Shown here: piece by piece, positions 1-9,847 of the stretch
Position numbering within the stretch: the first letter of the stretch is position 1
Layout: every line of letters starts with the position of its first letter
From: Synechococcus sp.
Lineage (GTDB): Bacteria > Cyanobacteriota > Cyanobacteriia > Thermostichales > PCC-7336
Length of the DNA stretch: 41,230 nucleotides
Direction of reading: 5' to 3'
Assembly (NCBI GenBank): GCA_051439425.1
Contig: JBFRWD010000163.1
Span: forward strand, 1 to 41,230
The notes under the pieces: generated by a model
The model's input: only the letters and a program-made list of their open reading frames with translations
Database searches by the model: none
Told to the model about the DNA's origin: nothing
Position numbers and translations under genes: made by a program

Positions 1-904
1 CCGTCGGTTGGAATTGACCGGCCCGCAACATCGACACATCAAATTGGTCGATGGTCATTTCTCGCGGGCCGCGCATTTGAGACACATCGGTATTGAGAAA
101 GTCCACTGCGACGCGATGGGGATTGAAAACGCGTCGGGTAGAGACGTTGACGGGGCCACTGGTGCGAATAAAAAATCCGTCGTTTGTGGTCTCGATGCTC
201 AGAATATGGGTACGTACGGAAGAAGCCTGAGTGGCATTGTTGCGAGATGCCTCTCCTTGAACAATCCTACTTGGCTCAGCATTGACAGGTGGTGAAGTCG
301 GACCTGGAGCCCGAGCAACTGGAGGAGAAGATGCGGTTTGGGTGGAGCTGTACTGAACGGGGATGAGTAGTTGGACGGCCCACCGCTCCGGCGATGCAGT
401 GAGCAGTTGAAACTCCTGTTGAGTGATGGGTTGCTCCGGATCGATATCCATCACCAGTCGGGCGATATCGGGGCTGAATTGGCTGAGGCGGATCGATCGC
501 ACTCGACCGGAATATTGCTGCGGCTCTTCCCTTTGACCCAATCTGACATTGGGTAGATCGATAACGATGCGTGAGGGATTCTCTAGCGTGAAAAGGCGCG
601 GGCGGGTTTGTCCCTGAGTGGTGAGATCTAAGCGCCCGAGAACAGGGTTGTAGGTCCAGCTGTGCAAACGCACTGGCTCGGCTTGAGCGATGAGTGGTGG
701 AGTCTTTCCTGCTGAAGACTGCGAGTCTTGAGACTGAGCAATCTGAGCAAATGCAGCAGGAGCAATTGCCAACGGCACTACAGCACCACCCATGCCCATT
801 AAGACACCACCGATAAATAGCCACCAACAAGTCCAGAGCATCCACCATTGGTGGAATGTGGCTAGCAGGGTGCATTGAGACACTAGAACCGGTAGTCGCT
901 TCAT
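1..904 (-). CDS. AMIN-domain protein, probably N-acetylmuramoyl-L-alanine amidase (AmiC-like); 5' part only, runs off the window
   Basis: Not in the ORF track (no stop in window). Manual translation from ATG 904: MKRLPVLV..., hydrophobic leader ending APAAFA, then two AMIN-like segments (RLFTLENPSRIVIDLPNVRLG...VRSIRLSQFSPDIARLVMDI and RVFNPHRVAVDFLNT...LRAGQFQPT). Catalytic domain not visible. Confidence 0.75.
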   Translation of the reverse strand, partial: MKRLPVLVSQCTLLATFHQWWMLWTCWWLFIGGVLMGMGGAVVPLAIAPAAFAQIAQSQDSQSSAGKTPPLIAQAEPVRLHSWTYNPVLGRLDLTTQGQTRPRLFTLENPSRIVIDLPNVRLGQREEPQQYSGRVRSIRLSQFSPDIARLVMDIDPEQPITQQEFQLLTASPERWAVQLLIPVQYSSTQTASSPPVARAPGPTSPPVNAEPSRIVQGEASRNNATQASSVRTHILSIETTNDGFFIRTSGPVNVSTRRVFNPHRVAVDFLNTDVSQMRGPREMTIDQFDVSMLRAGQFQPT

Positions 905-1240
905 CACCACACCTTCAGCTTGGCGCTCCTTCTCAATGAAGGAAGCGGTATATTTACGGCTTACGAGGATCGGATCGATCTGTGAGTAATGGCGAACCGT
1001 ATCGTCTCCCGTAACCTTTCAAAGGGAAGAACGCCAAAATCTTCACATTGACGAGATCGCACATTCAGGGCTTGTCGCTAGATTTCTCGCTGGTTCACAA
1101 CTGCCGCCACCTGTCTCTGCTCTTGGAGTATTTGCGCGAGTTGGCTTGCCCAGGCGAACTTCACTAACCTTGACCTCTACCCGCCCCCGTTCTGGACTGC
1201 CACCGAGTCTATACTTCAACCGACAGCGAGCATCAGGGGA

Positions 1241-1274
1241 TTGACACAAAAAAGATAAGTTATAACATAACTTA
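1241..1274 (+). promoter_or_regulatory. sigma70-like promoter with overlapping proteobacterial-type Zur box (copy 1)
   Basis: TTGACA 1241-1246, 16 bp spacer, TAACAT 1263-1268. Perfect inverted repeat TAAGTTAT-AAC-ATAACTTA 1256-1274 matches the GTTAT-N3-ATAAC core of proteobacterial Zur boxes. Conserved at 22230-22260. Confidence 0.8.
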
Positions 1275-1309
1275 GTCGTACAGTTCATGGCTCGAATGGC
1301 GAGGTGAAC

Positions 1310-1714
1310 ATGGGTAGGCGAGCTAACGAAACGCAATCAGAGGTACTGGCAGTTCTACGTGGCCATCGTGGCCCGCTGTCTGCCTATGACGTGATCGGGG
1401 AGTTGCGTCAGGTCAGTCCGAAAATCGCACCGCCAACGGTTTACCGAGCGCTGGAAGCGTTGGCCGGACGAGGGCTGGTTCATCGTCTTGAATCGCTGAA
1501 GGCCTTCATCGCCTGCAAGCATAACGAATGCCAACATGCGTCGATCTTCGCAATCTGCGACGAGTGCGGCACGGTCGAGGAACGCTTTTCACCTGACTTG
1601 TTCGAGGAGCTTTCCCGCATTGCGGGGCAGTCTGGATTCATCTCGACGCGCCACGTCATCGAACTCCACGGTCTTTGTGCCTCATGTGGTGGAACGGGAG
1701 ACAACCTGGCATGA
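1310..1714 (+). CDS. zur: Fur-family Zn uptake regulator Zur, proteobacterial type (copy 1)
   Basis: SAYD...APPTVYRAL...VHRLES...C..H..F.ICxxCG.VEE...E.HG.CxxC motifs; GAGGTG RBS before ATG 1310. Confidence 0.88.
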   Translation: MGRRANETQSEVLAVLRGHRGPLSAYDVIGELRQVSPKIAPPTVYRALEALAGRGLVHRLESLKAFIACKHNECQHASIFAICDECGTVEERFSPDLFEELSRIAGQSGFISTRHVIELHGLCASCGGTGDNLA

Positions 1715-1818
1715 ATTCGCGTCGCAGACAAAGCCTGAGGCTTCTGATGCTTGGTGCTATCCACCGGATGACCGGTGCCTCATGGGTTGTGGCAGCGCTC
1801 TTGGCTGGGTTTTACTGA
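1711..1818 (+). pseudogene. Truncated copy of the 44-aa small membrane ORF
   Basis: MNSRRRQSLRLLMLGAIHRMTGASWVVAALLAGFY*; TGA replaces the TGG (Trp) of the intact copy at 22697-22831. Confidence 0.7.
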
Positions 1819-1940
1819 GCAATCTCCATGCCGGGAACCGATGACCACGTCCCGTCGGTCGATACGTTATTCGTTCACCCTAATTTAGCTTCCATGAGCT
1901 AGTTTTATCTCTGTTCAATCCACTGATTCTTGGTGTTTTT

Positions 1941-2960
1941 ATGACATCCTCAACAGCAGAATTGGCCGTCAAACGAGGAATGCCCATCACTATCATTACC
2001 GGCTTTTTGGGCAGTGGAAAAACCACTCTTTTGAATCATATTTTAAGCAACAAGGAAGATTTGAAAGTTGCCGTTTTAGTGAACGAATTTGGTGACATCA
2101 ACATCGATAGTCAGCTTTTGGTATCGACAGAGGAAGATATGGTGGAACTCAGCAATGGCTGTATTTGCTGCACCATTAATGATGGCTTAGTCGATGCGGT
2201 TTATCGAGTAATGGAACAGGGTGTCGATTACTTGGTGATTGAAACCACAGGCGTTGCCGATCCACTGCCAATTATCCTGACGTTTTTAGGTACCGAGCTG
2301 CGGGAACTGACCAGCTTAGATTCCATTATTACGATGGTGGATTCGGAAGCATTTACACCCGATCACTTTGAGAGTGAAGCGGCTTTAAAACAAATCATGT
2401 GTGCCGATATCGCGATTTTGAACAAAACGGATCTAGCGTCTTCCGAGCAATTAGAGCAACTGGAGGCCTATATTGGCGAGATGAAAGAGGGGGCCAGAAT
2501 TCTTCATAGCCAACAAGGTCAGGTGCCATTGCCACTCATTTTAGATGTTGGTTACAACAACCCTCAGGCTTACGCCGAACTGGTGCAGGAGGAAATCGAG
2601 CAAACAGAACACGATCGCGAACATCACCACGAGCATCATCACGAACACGAGCATCATCATCACCATTCATCCCATCTTGCTAATGATGGCTTTGTGTCTA
2701 TTGCGTTTGATAGCGATCGCCCATTTCAGCTCGGAAAGTTTGAACACTTTTTACAGGAACTACCTCAAGATGTATTTCGAGCCAAGGGCATTCTCTGGTT
2801 TGAAGAAAGTCCTCTCCGCAACATCTTCCAATTGAGTGGGCCCCGCTTCAACTTGGAAGGGGAAGAATGGCACACGCCACCCCGAAACCAGCTTGTTCTT
2901 ATCGGACGACATCTCGATACCGAACAGATACGGCAACATCTGACCAATTGCCTCGCCTGA
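1941..2960 (+). CDS. COG0523/CobW-family G3E GTPase metallochaperone with His-rich insert
   Basis: GFLGSGKTT, NEFG, GCICC, ETTGVADP, NKTD, His-rich stretch EHHHEHHHEHEHHHHH, CobW_C RAKG. Confidence 0.95.
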   Translation: MTSSTAELAVKRGMPITIITGFLGSGKTTLLNHILSNKEDLKVAVLVNEFGDINIDSQLLVSTEEDMVELSNGCICCTINDGLVDAVYRVMEQGVDYLVIETTGVADPLPIILTFLGTELRELTSLDSIITMVDSEAFTPDHFESEAALKQIMCADIAILNKTDLASSEQLEQLEAYIGEMKEGARILHSQQGQVPLPLILDVGYNNPQAYAELVQEEIEQTEHDREHHHEHHHEHEHHHHHSSHLANDGFVSIAFDSDRPFQLGKFEHFLQELPQDVFRAKGILWFEESPLRNIFQLSGPRFNLEGEEWHTPPRNQLVLIGRHLDTEQIRQHLTNCLA

Positions 2961-3074
2961 TATGCGGTCTTTCAGTCTCACTGTCGGGGACGAAAGACAG
3001 GCGGTTGCACCGCGATCGTTTAATCAAAAATGACTGAATTGATTGACTCGTTTTTCAATTACCCACAGGACCCC

Positions 3075-4535
3075 ATGGATCTCGTCCTCTACAACACCTT
3101 GACACGTCACAAAGAGCCATTTGTGCCGATCGATCCCGCTCGGGTGATGATGTATTGCTGCGGTGTGACGGTGTATGACGATTGCCACCTAGGTCATGCC
3201 CGTTCCTACATGGTTTGGGATGTACTGCGGCGGTATCTGCAATGGCGAGGCTACACGGTGCACTACGTGCAGAACTTTACGGATATTGACGACAAGATTC
3301 TGAATCGCGCTAGGGCGGAAGGGACGACGATGCAGGCGGTCAGCGATCGCAACATTGCGTCTTACTTTCGCGATATTCGGCGGCTTAATATTCTTGATGC
3401 CGATGACTATCCCCGAGTGACAGAGAATATCCCCGCCATTCATCAACTGATTCAGGCGCTAGAACAGAAAGGATATGCCTATGAAAGCGATGGCGATGTC
3501 TACTATGACGTCCGGCAGTTTGTGGAGTATGGAAAACTCTCTGGACGGCAGCTTGAGCATATGCAAGCAGGTGCGGGGGGGAGAGTGAATGCCGAGGCTA
3601 AACACCAAAAGAAGCGCGATCCGTCCGATTTTGCCTTATGGAAAACTGCGAAACCGGGTGAACCTGCATGGGAATCCCCTTGGGGAATGGGCCGACCAGG
3701 CTGGCACATCGAATGCTCGGCAATGATCCGGGCACGTTTGGGCGAAACGATCGACATTCATGGAGGTGGAGGCGATCTGGTATTTCCACACCATGAAAAC
3801 GAAATTGCTCAGTCAGAAGCAGTGACCGGACAACCGCTCGCTCGCTACTGGTTGCACAACGGCATGGTGACAGTGGGGGGAGAGAAGATGTCCAAATCAC
3901 TGGGAAATTTCACCACGATTCGCGCCTTGCTAGATGGGCAATGGGCTGACTATCCACACCCCGTCGATCCGATGGCGATTCGTCTATTTGTTTTGCAAGC
4001 TCACTACCGCAAACCACTGGACTTTACCCCAACGGCGATCGCAGCCGCTGAGAAGGGCTGGCAAACATTACATGCCGCATTAACTACAGAATTGCCGTCC
4101 AATGAGCTACCTGTAGATGCTCTAGATGCTAAAGCAGTCAGACGGTTTCAATCTGCGATGGATGATGACCTCAATACTGCCGCTGCGTTGGCGGTTCTGT
4201 TTGAATTGGCTAAGTCGATTCAGCGAGAGGTGAACCGAAGAACTCATCAATCAACTCAGAACCTATCGAATCGGCAACTTAGCCTCACATGGCAAACGTT
4301 AAACCAGCTAGCCCGCACCCTTGGGCTGGAGGCCGATCGAGACTCCCCAGCCTCCTCATCTAATTCGTCATTAGATATTGATATTGCTTGGGTAGAGACG
4401 TTATTGCACCAACGCCAAGCCGCACGACAGGAGAAACGCTACGCCGAGAGCGATCGGCTTCGTGCCGAATTACAAGCTGCGGGCATCGCCGTTGTGGACC
4501 TTCCCGGTGGCAAAACGGAATGGCATCGTGCCTAG
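3075..4535 (+). CDS. cysS: Cysteinyl-tRNA synthetase (start probably ATG 3075; track gives 3030)
   Basis: LYNTLT, CGVTVYD..HLGH, DFALWK, GRPGWHIECS, DIHGGG.DL.FPHHENE.AQ, KMSKS. Confidence 0.96.
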   Translation: MDLVLYNTLTRHKEPFVPIDPARVMMYCCGVTVYDDCHLGHARSYMVWDVLRRYLQWRGYTVHYVQNFTDIDDKILNRARAEGTTMQAVSDRNIASYFRDIRRLNILDADDYPRVTENIPAIHQLIQALEQKGYAYESDGDVYYDVRQFVEYGKLSGRQLEHMQAGAGGRVNAEAKHQKKRDPSDFALWKTAKPGEPAWESPWGMGRPGWHIECSAMIRARLGETIDIHGGGGDLVFPHHENEIAQSEAVTGQPLARYWLHNGMVTVGGEKMSKSLGNFTTIRALLDGQWADYPHPVDPMAIRLFVLQAHYRKPLDFTPTAIAAAEKGWQTLHAALTTELPSNELPVDALDAKAVRRFQSAMDDDLNTAAALAVLFELAKSIQREVNRRTHQSTQNLSNRQLSLTWQTLNQLARTLGLEADRDSPASSSNSSLDIDIAWVETLLHQRQAARQEKRYAESDRLRAELQAAGIAVVDLPGGKTEWHRA

Positions 4536-4697
4536 GCAAATACTGGCTCTATGAACACGTAACTGCCGCTGAGTGAACACAACGTTTTCTCGAAGCCACG
4601 CGTTTGACTCCAGCAGCAGCATAAATGTGGAACATTCCAATCAAAAAGATTATTACTCTCATCTCTTCAGTGTCTTTAGTGATTCGAGTCAGCTAGC

Positions 4698-5822
4698 ATG
4701 AGCCAATCCCAAGTGAAACAGTCCTATGACGTTGCGATTGTTGGTGCCGGGGCTGCAGGCATCGGCTGTGGCGTTGTGCTCAAAGGGCTGGGTCTAGAAC
4801 GCTTCACAATTTTAGACAGACACCAGGTTGGAGCTTCTTTCAGTCGCTGGCCTGAAGAGATGAACTTCATCACCCCATCATTTCCAAGCCACGGTTTTGG
4901 ACTCCTCGATCTGAATGCTGTGACCTTGAAGACTTCGCCTGCGATCGCTTTTCGGCAAGAGCACATCAGTGGCAAGCAATACGCCCAGTATCTGCAAATC
5001 GTTGCCGATCACTTTGAGCTGCCGATTCAAACTGGAGTTGACGTAAAAGGCGTCGATTCGTTGTCCCAGGGGGGCTTTCAACTCCATACTTCCGCTGGAG
5101 ACATCCGCACACAATTTGTCATCTGGGCCGCCGGGGAATATCAATATCCCAAGCTCAATCCGTTTCCAGGTGCAGAACACTGCATCCACAACGCTCGAAT
5201 TCGCTCCTGGACGGATCTAGAAAGCGACGAATTCATCATAATCGGCGGCTACGAAAGTGGCATGGATGCGGCAGCCAATTTAGTAGCGTTGGGAAAGAAA
5301 GTCGGCGTGCTCGATCGCAACGGAGCCTGGGCCGATCTCGACACGGATCCTAGCGTGTCTCTATCGCCCTATACCCTGCAGCGTCTGGCATTTGTTTATC
5401 GCACAGGTCGCTTGGACTTGGTGAGCGACGTCACCATTGAAGAAGTCAAACCTATCCGCGATGGTTACGCAGTCTACAGCGAAGATCGGAAGTGGACGAC
5501 AGCCCATCCCCCCATTCTATGTGCGGGGTTTGACACCAGTTTGAAGCAGATTGCTCCCTTATTTGATTGGTCCAAGGGCTACGCTGCCCTGACTGAAGAC
5601 GATGAATCCACTCTCACCCCTGGTCTTTTTGTGGCGGGTCCTTCTGTACGCCACGGGGATTTGATTTTTTGCTTCATCTACAAGTTTCGTCAGCGCTTCG
5701 CAGTGGTGGCCAATGCGATCGCAAACCGCCTTCAACTCGATACCTCTCCACTAGAACACTACCGCCAGGCTGGCCTCTTCCTGGACGATCTCTCCTGCTG
5801 CAGCAACGACTGTATCTGCTAG
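4698..5822 (+). CDS. NAD(P)/FAD-dependent oxidoreductase with Cys-rich C-terminus
   Basis: GAGAAG FAD motif, second dinucleotide motif IGGYESG, C-terminal DDLSCCSNDCIC. Confidence 0.88.
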   Translation: MSQSQVKQSYDVAIVGAGAAGIGCGVVLKGLGLERFTILDRHQVGASFSRWPEEMNFITPSFPSHGFGLLDLNAVTLKTSPAIAFRQEHISGKQYAQYLQIVADHFELPIQTGVDVKGVDSLSQGGFQLHTSAGDIRTQFVIWAAGEYQYPKLNPFPGAEHCIHNARIRSWTDLESDEFIIIGGYESGMDAAANLVALGKKVGVLDRNGAWADLDTDPSVSLSPYTLQRLAFVYRTGRLDLVSDVTIEEVKPIRDGYAVYSEDRKWTTAHPPILCAGFDTSLKQIAPLFDWSKGYAALTEDDESTLTPGLFVAGPSVRHGDLIFCFIYKFRQRFAVVANAIANRLQLDTSPLEHYRQAGLFLDDLSCCSNDCIC

Positions 5823-5996
5823 CACGTTCAGAATTTTGAATTCTCGTACTCAACCCAAACCGATAACCAGTTGCAATCCGCTATGGAGAGTTTGCTAGCC
5901 TAAGCCCTTTGCAAGTAAGGACGTCAACTGTCTCCACACTCCAAACCTTACAGCGGCTTCTCACATGACTCCGACCTTCTAGCTTCCCCCTCCAAC

Positions 5997-7643
5997 ATGT
6001 CCAGCACTATCCCCACTCACCGCACCACCCTCCTCATTGGCAAAGAGAGCACCGGTAAGTCGGAGCTAGTAGCGGCACTCACCGGCAAATCCCCAACCAG
6101 CAAGAACATTCAGGGCTCCACCCTGGCCTGCGAAATCTATCGCACCGGTGCAGATACCTTTATCGACACTCCAGGCATTCTCTTTCGCTCTGATACCGCC
6201 ACCACTCGCTTAGCCCTGATGCAACTTCAGGCCCATGACACTATTTTGTTGTTAGCGAAAGCGACCCACATTGATGATGACCTGGCGGACTTGCTACCCC
6301 TAGTGACCGGGAAACAAGGGCTGGTGGTCGTCACCTTCTGGGATAAAGTATTGCCTTCTGACTTTACCCAGCAGGTCCTAAGCTGTTGGGAGCAAACCTC
6401 CCAGGTCAGGTTTATTCCTGTGGATGCCCGTCATTTAAGCCAGGGACAACGCCAGCAGATTCTAGAAGCCTTGCAGACTCCAGCCCCCTTTCCACGGCAA
6501 TGGCAACCGATTCTGGCGAGCTGGCGGATCGAGCCTACACCTACCTGGTTGGAGCATCCCCGCTGGGGTGGCTTGCTGGCCATCCTTTTGTTACTGTTGC
6601 CTGCGGTCATTGCCGTTTGGGTCGCCAATGGAGTCGCGGGCATGCTCGATCCACCGCTCCAAACTGGTTTAGCCCCTCTGGTCAATTTCCTATCCCAGGC
6701 CCCATCGTTGCTAGAGGCGATTTTGATTGGCCGCTATGGCTTAGTCACAATGGGACCGCTGTTATTTGTCTGGGCGGTGCCTACGGTAATTCTGTATGCC
6801 CTGTTTTTAGGTGCATACAAGGCCAGCGGGTTGGTGGAACGCATTACCGTGGCCCTGCATCCGCTCCTGAGACCTTTCGGTCTATCCGGGCGAGATCTGG
6901 TGCGGGTAATTATGGGATTTGGCTGCAATGTGCCAGCCGTAATTAATACTCGCGCCTGTTCCAGTTGTTCCCGGCAGACCTGTGTGAGTGCGATTGCCTT
7001 TGGCTCCGCCTGTTCCTACCAGTTCGGCGCCACCTTGGGGGTCTTCAGCGCCGCCAATTTGCCTAGTTTAGTTGTGCCCTACCTGGGCTACTTAACCTTG
7101 ACCACTCTGATCTACACCCGTTTGATTGCGCCTAAAGCAGCCCGTTCCTCCCATAACGCCCTGATGATTGAACGGCGCACATTTTTGGAAGTGCCCCGTT
7201 GGTCAGCTATCTGGCGTGAAACTCAAGGTACCCTCGGCCAGTTTTTCTCCAATGCGATTCCCATCTTTTTAGCGATTACGATCGTCGCCTCAATGTTGGA
7301 CTGGTTTGGCCTCATCACTGCTCTAACGAGATGGATTAATCCCCTGATGGGACTGTTTGGCCTGCCTCCAGAAGCAGCTCTACCCGTTATCTTGGCCTCA
7401 ATCCGTAAAGACGGATTGCTGCTTTTTGCCGAACCGGCAACTCTGGCTGTGCTGACGCCGCTGCAGATTTTAACCGGAGTGTATCTGGCTGGAGTATTGC
7501 TGCCCTGCCTGGTGACGGTGCTGACCATCGCCCGCGAACAGTCGGCGCGGTTTGTGGTGGGGCTGATGGCTCGGCAGGCGATCGCCGCGATGTTTTTTTC
7601 AATACTTCTAGCCTGGGTAGGCAATGGGTTGCGACAGCTCTAG
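5997..7643 (+). CDS. Compact FeoB-like protein (P-loop GTPase + Gate-type membrane domain)
   Basis: G1 GKESTGKS, G2-like NIQGST, G3 DTPG, G4-like TFWD; membrane part with GFGCNVPAV..TR and LLPCLVT, resembling FeoB Gate motifs. Confidence 0.82.
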   Translation: MSSTIPTHRTTLLIGKESTGKSELVAALTGKSPTSKNIQGSTLACEIYRTGADTFIDTPGILFRSDTATTRLALMQLQAHDTILLLAKATHIDDDLADLLPLVTGKQGLVVVTFWDKVLPSDFTQQVLSCWEQTSQVRFIPVDARHLSQGQRQQILEALQTPAPFPRQWQPILASWRIEPTPTWLEHPRWGGLLAILLLLLPAVIAVWVANGVAGMLDPPLQTGLAPLVNFLSQAPSLLEAILIGRYGLVTMGPLLFVWAVPTVILYALFLGAYKASGLVERITVALHPLLRPFGLSGRDLVRVIMGFGCNVPAVINTRACSSCSRQTCVSAIAFGSACSYQFGATLGVFSAANLPSLVVPYLGYLTLTTLIYTRLIAPKAARSSHNALMIERRTFLEVPRWSAIWRETQGTLGQFFSNAIPIFLAITIVASMLDWFGLITALTRWINPLMGLFGLPPEAALPVILASIRKDGLLLFAEPATLAVLTPLQILTGVYLAGVLLPCLVTVLTIAREQSARFVVGLMARQAIAAMFFSILLAWVGNGLRQL

Positions 7644-7851
7644 ATTGTCAAAAGATGCGATGAATATGATTCTTATTTTGAGGTTTGGTTGTGCAGTGTG
7701 CGATGCACCGCGAACGACCGCCTCCAATCTCGTGCCACCCTCAGGTGAACCAAGCCGAATATTGGGACCAAATTCAGGATGTGTCTCCCAAAAAACGACA
7801 TACAGACTAGAACAACTAACTGCAGTTGAGTGAGATCTGAATGTGCAGAAC

Positions 7852-9781
7852 CTATGCCCTGAGTAACCGCAATCCATTCAGCGTTACCAGCAGTGTTGAG
7901 CCTTCATGGCCCAGCACTCCAGCCGGTAGAGTAAGTTCTCCCCAAAAATTAGCTACCATCAACAGGGCAATTGAGGTCAACGCCAGGGTGATGTTTTGCT
8001 GGATAATGCGTTGTGATTTTTTGCCGATGCGAATGGCCTGATCCAACTTGTCCAGACGATCTGCCATCAGCACAATGTCAGCAGTTTCTAACGCCACATC
8101 TGACCCAGCCCCACCCATGGCAATGCCGACCGACGCCTGAGCCAGAGCAGGGGCATCGTTGATGCCGTCTCCCACCATTGCTACCGTATGGTACTTATCC
8201 TGCAGGTTCTGAATGGCGGTGACTTTGTCCTCCGGCAATAAATCTGAGTAAACTTCATTGATGCCGATGCTGTGGGCAACAGTCTGCGCGGTGACCGCAT
8301 TATCCCCAGTGAGCATGACAGTTGCTGGAATACCCATTTGTTTTAGTTTGCTCAATAAACCCGCAGCTTGGGGACGCACCCGATCGGCTACCGCCAATAG
8401 CCCGACGATCTGCTGATGCTGGACGACCCAGACGATCGTTTTCCCCTCACTTTCAAGCTGTTGTCCGGCCTGGAATAGAGAAGTATCAATCGGGTCAGCC
8501 AGATCGTCCGAGACATAAGCAAGCTTGCCAGCGCGCGTGAACGCCCTTCAGTACCCCCACGATTCCCTGACCCACGTCAGCCTGAACAGCATCCATGGGC
8601 AATAAAGGAATGTTCCGCTCCTTTGCCGTTTGCACAATGGCTTGGGCAATAGGATGCTCTGAATAGACTTCCAGAGAAGCGATGATTTGCAACACTTGTT
8701 CTGATTGAAAAGCCGGTGCCGCCACCAGGTCACTTACTTGCAGAATCCCGGTTGTGAGGGTTCCAGTTTTATCAAAGGCAATCGCTTTTACCCGACCGAT
8801 AGTTTCTAGCTGGGCTCCGTCTTTGAACAAAATCCCTTGTCGTGCCCCCCGGGCAATGCCCGATAGCAAGGTCGGCATGATCGACGCCATCAGGGCACAG
8901 GGAGAGGCCACTACCAGAAAAATCAGCGCCCGGTAAATCGTCATTTCCCAACTCCAACCCAGGAGCAGGGGTGGCACCAGAGCCAGGACCAGACCTGATA
9001 CTACGATCAATCGGGCATATCCCCGCTCAAACCTTTCCAAAAATTGCTGGGAAGGGGGCTGGCTGGTTTTTGCCTGTTCAACCAGCCGAATCACTCGCTG
9101 AATCAGACTGCTTTCCGGCGGTTTGTGTAATTCCACCGTAAGTGCACCGCTACCGTTGATAGTGCCTGCAAACACTTCATCCCCTAGGGACTTTTCCACA
9201 GGAATCGACTCTCCCGTAATCGGGGCCTGGTTAATGGTGCTGTGGCCCGTTCTAATCAGCCCGTCGATGGGAATGAGTTCCCCGGGTTTCACAAGAATAC
9301 GATCTCCCACCTGCAAATCCTGAGTTGCCACCACCTGTTCCTGCCCTGGCAGCAATCGCCGCGCCGTATCTGGCGTCAGCTGCATCAAACTGCGAATATT
9401 TCGTTCGGTGCGGTGCATGGCAATGGTTTCTAAAGCACCACTAAAAGCGAAAATCAAGATGAGTACGGCCCCATCCACCAGCAGGTAAAACTGCCGCTGC
9501 CATAGCCCCAGTACTGCTGCCCCCACTGCCGCAATAATCATCAACAGGTCTACATCTAGTTCATGCTCTTGCCATAGAGTGGTCAGCCCCTCGCAAGCAC
9601 TCTCGTAGCCCCCGATCGCGTACCCGGCCAACAGTAGCGCGATCCCCAGCCCCACCCAACTCTCCTGCAGTGCCAACCCTCCCAGCAATGTCAACCCGGC
9701 GCACAGCATCGCTGCCAGCACCTCTGGATGGATATGTCTCCAGGAAAACACTCGCTTTCGCACCCTCATTACCAAGGCCAT
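7852..9781 (-). pseudogene. coaT: P1B-4 (Co/Zn) exporting ATPase, CoaT-like, split by a frameshift near 8530-8537
   Basis: TGES, SPC, DKTGTLT, SEHP in the 5' ORF; TGDN, GDGINDAPAL, HEGST in the 3' ORF. The 3' frame is open from ...GKLAYVSDD...EGKTIVWV...; likely start ATG 9781. Confidence 0.85.
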
Positions 9782-9811
9782 CAATCGAATCCAGCATTTT
9801 AGAGCCCCCTG

Positions 9812-9843
9812 AGCGTAAAGGTTGACATTGATGTTAATGTCAA
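9812..9843 (-). promoter_or_regulatory. MerR-type operator/promoter of coaT
   Basis: Inverted repeat TTGACATT-N6-AATGTCAA (9822-9843); minus-strand TTGACA, 20 bp spacer, TACGCT (9817-9812): the over-long spacer typical of MerR promoters. Confidence 0.88.
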
Positions 9844-9847
9844 GGAC

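Larger units (their letters stand above)
1239..1849 (+). repeat. ~610 bp diverged direct repeat, copy 1 (promoter + zur + small ORF + first bases of znuC); partner at 22228-22837
   Basis: Alignable by eye from GATTGACAC to CGATGA(A)CCACG. Confidence 0.95.

Noticed and set aside
276..875. 199-aa minus-strand ORF (also 8-295 and 371-556 on plus)
   Set aside because: Shadows of the AMIN-domain gene in another minus frame.
1043..1336. 97-aa minus-strand ORF
   Set aside because: Overlaps the zur promoter and start; no recognisable protein features.
4647..4661. AGATTATTACTCTCA as a cyanobacterial Zur box before the oxidoreductase
   Set aside because: Three to four mismatches in an AT-rich spacer; too weak without a PWM scan.
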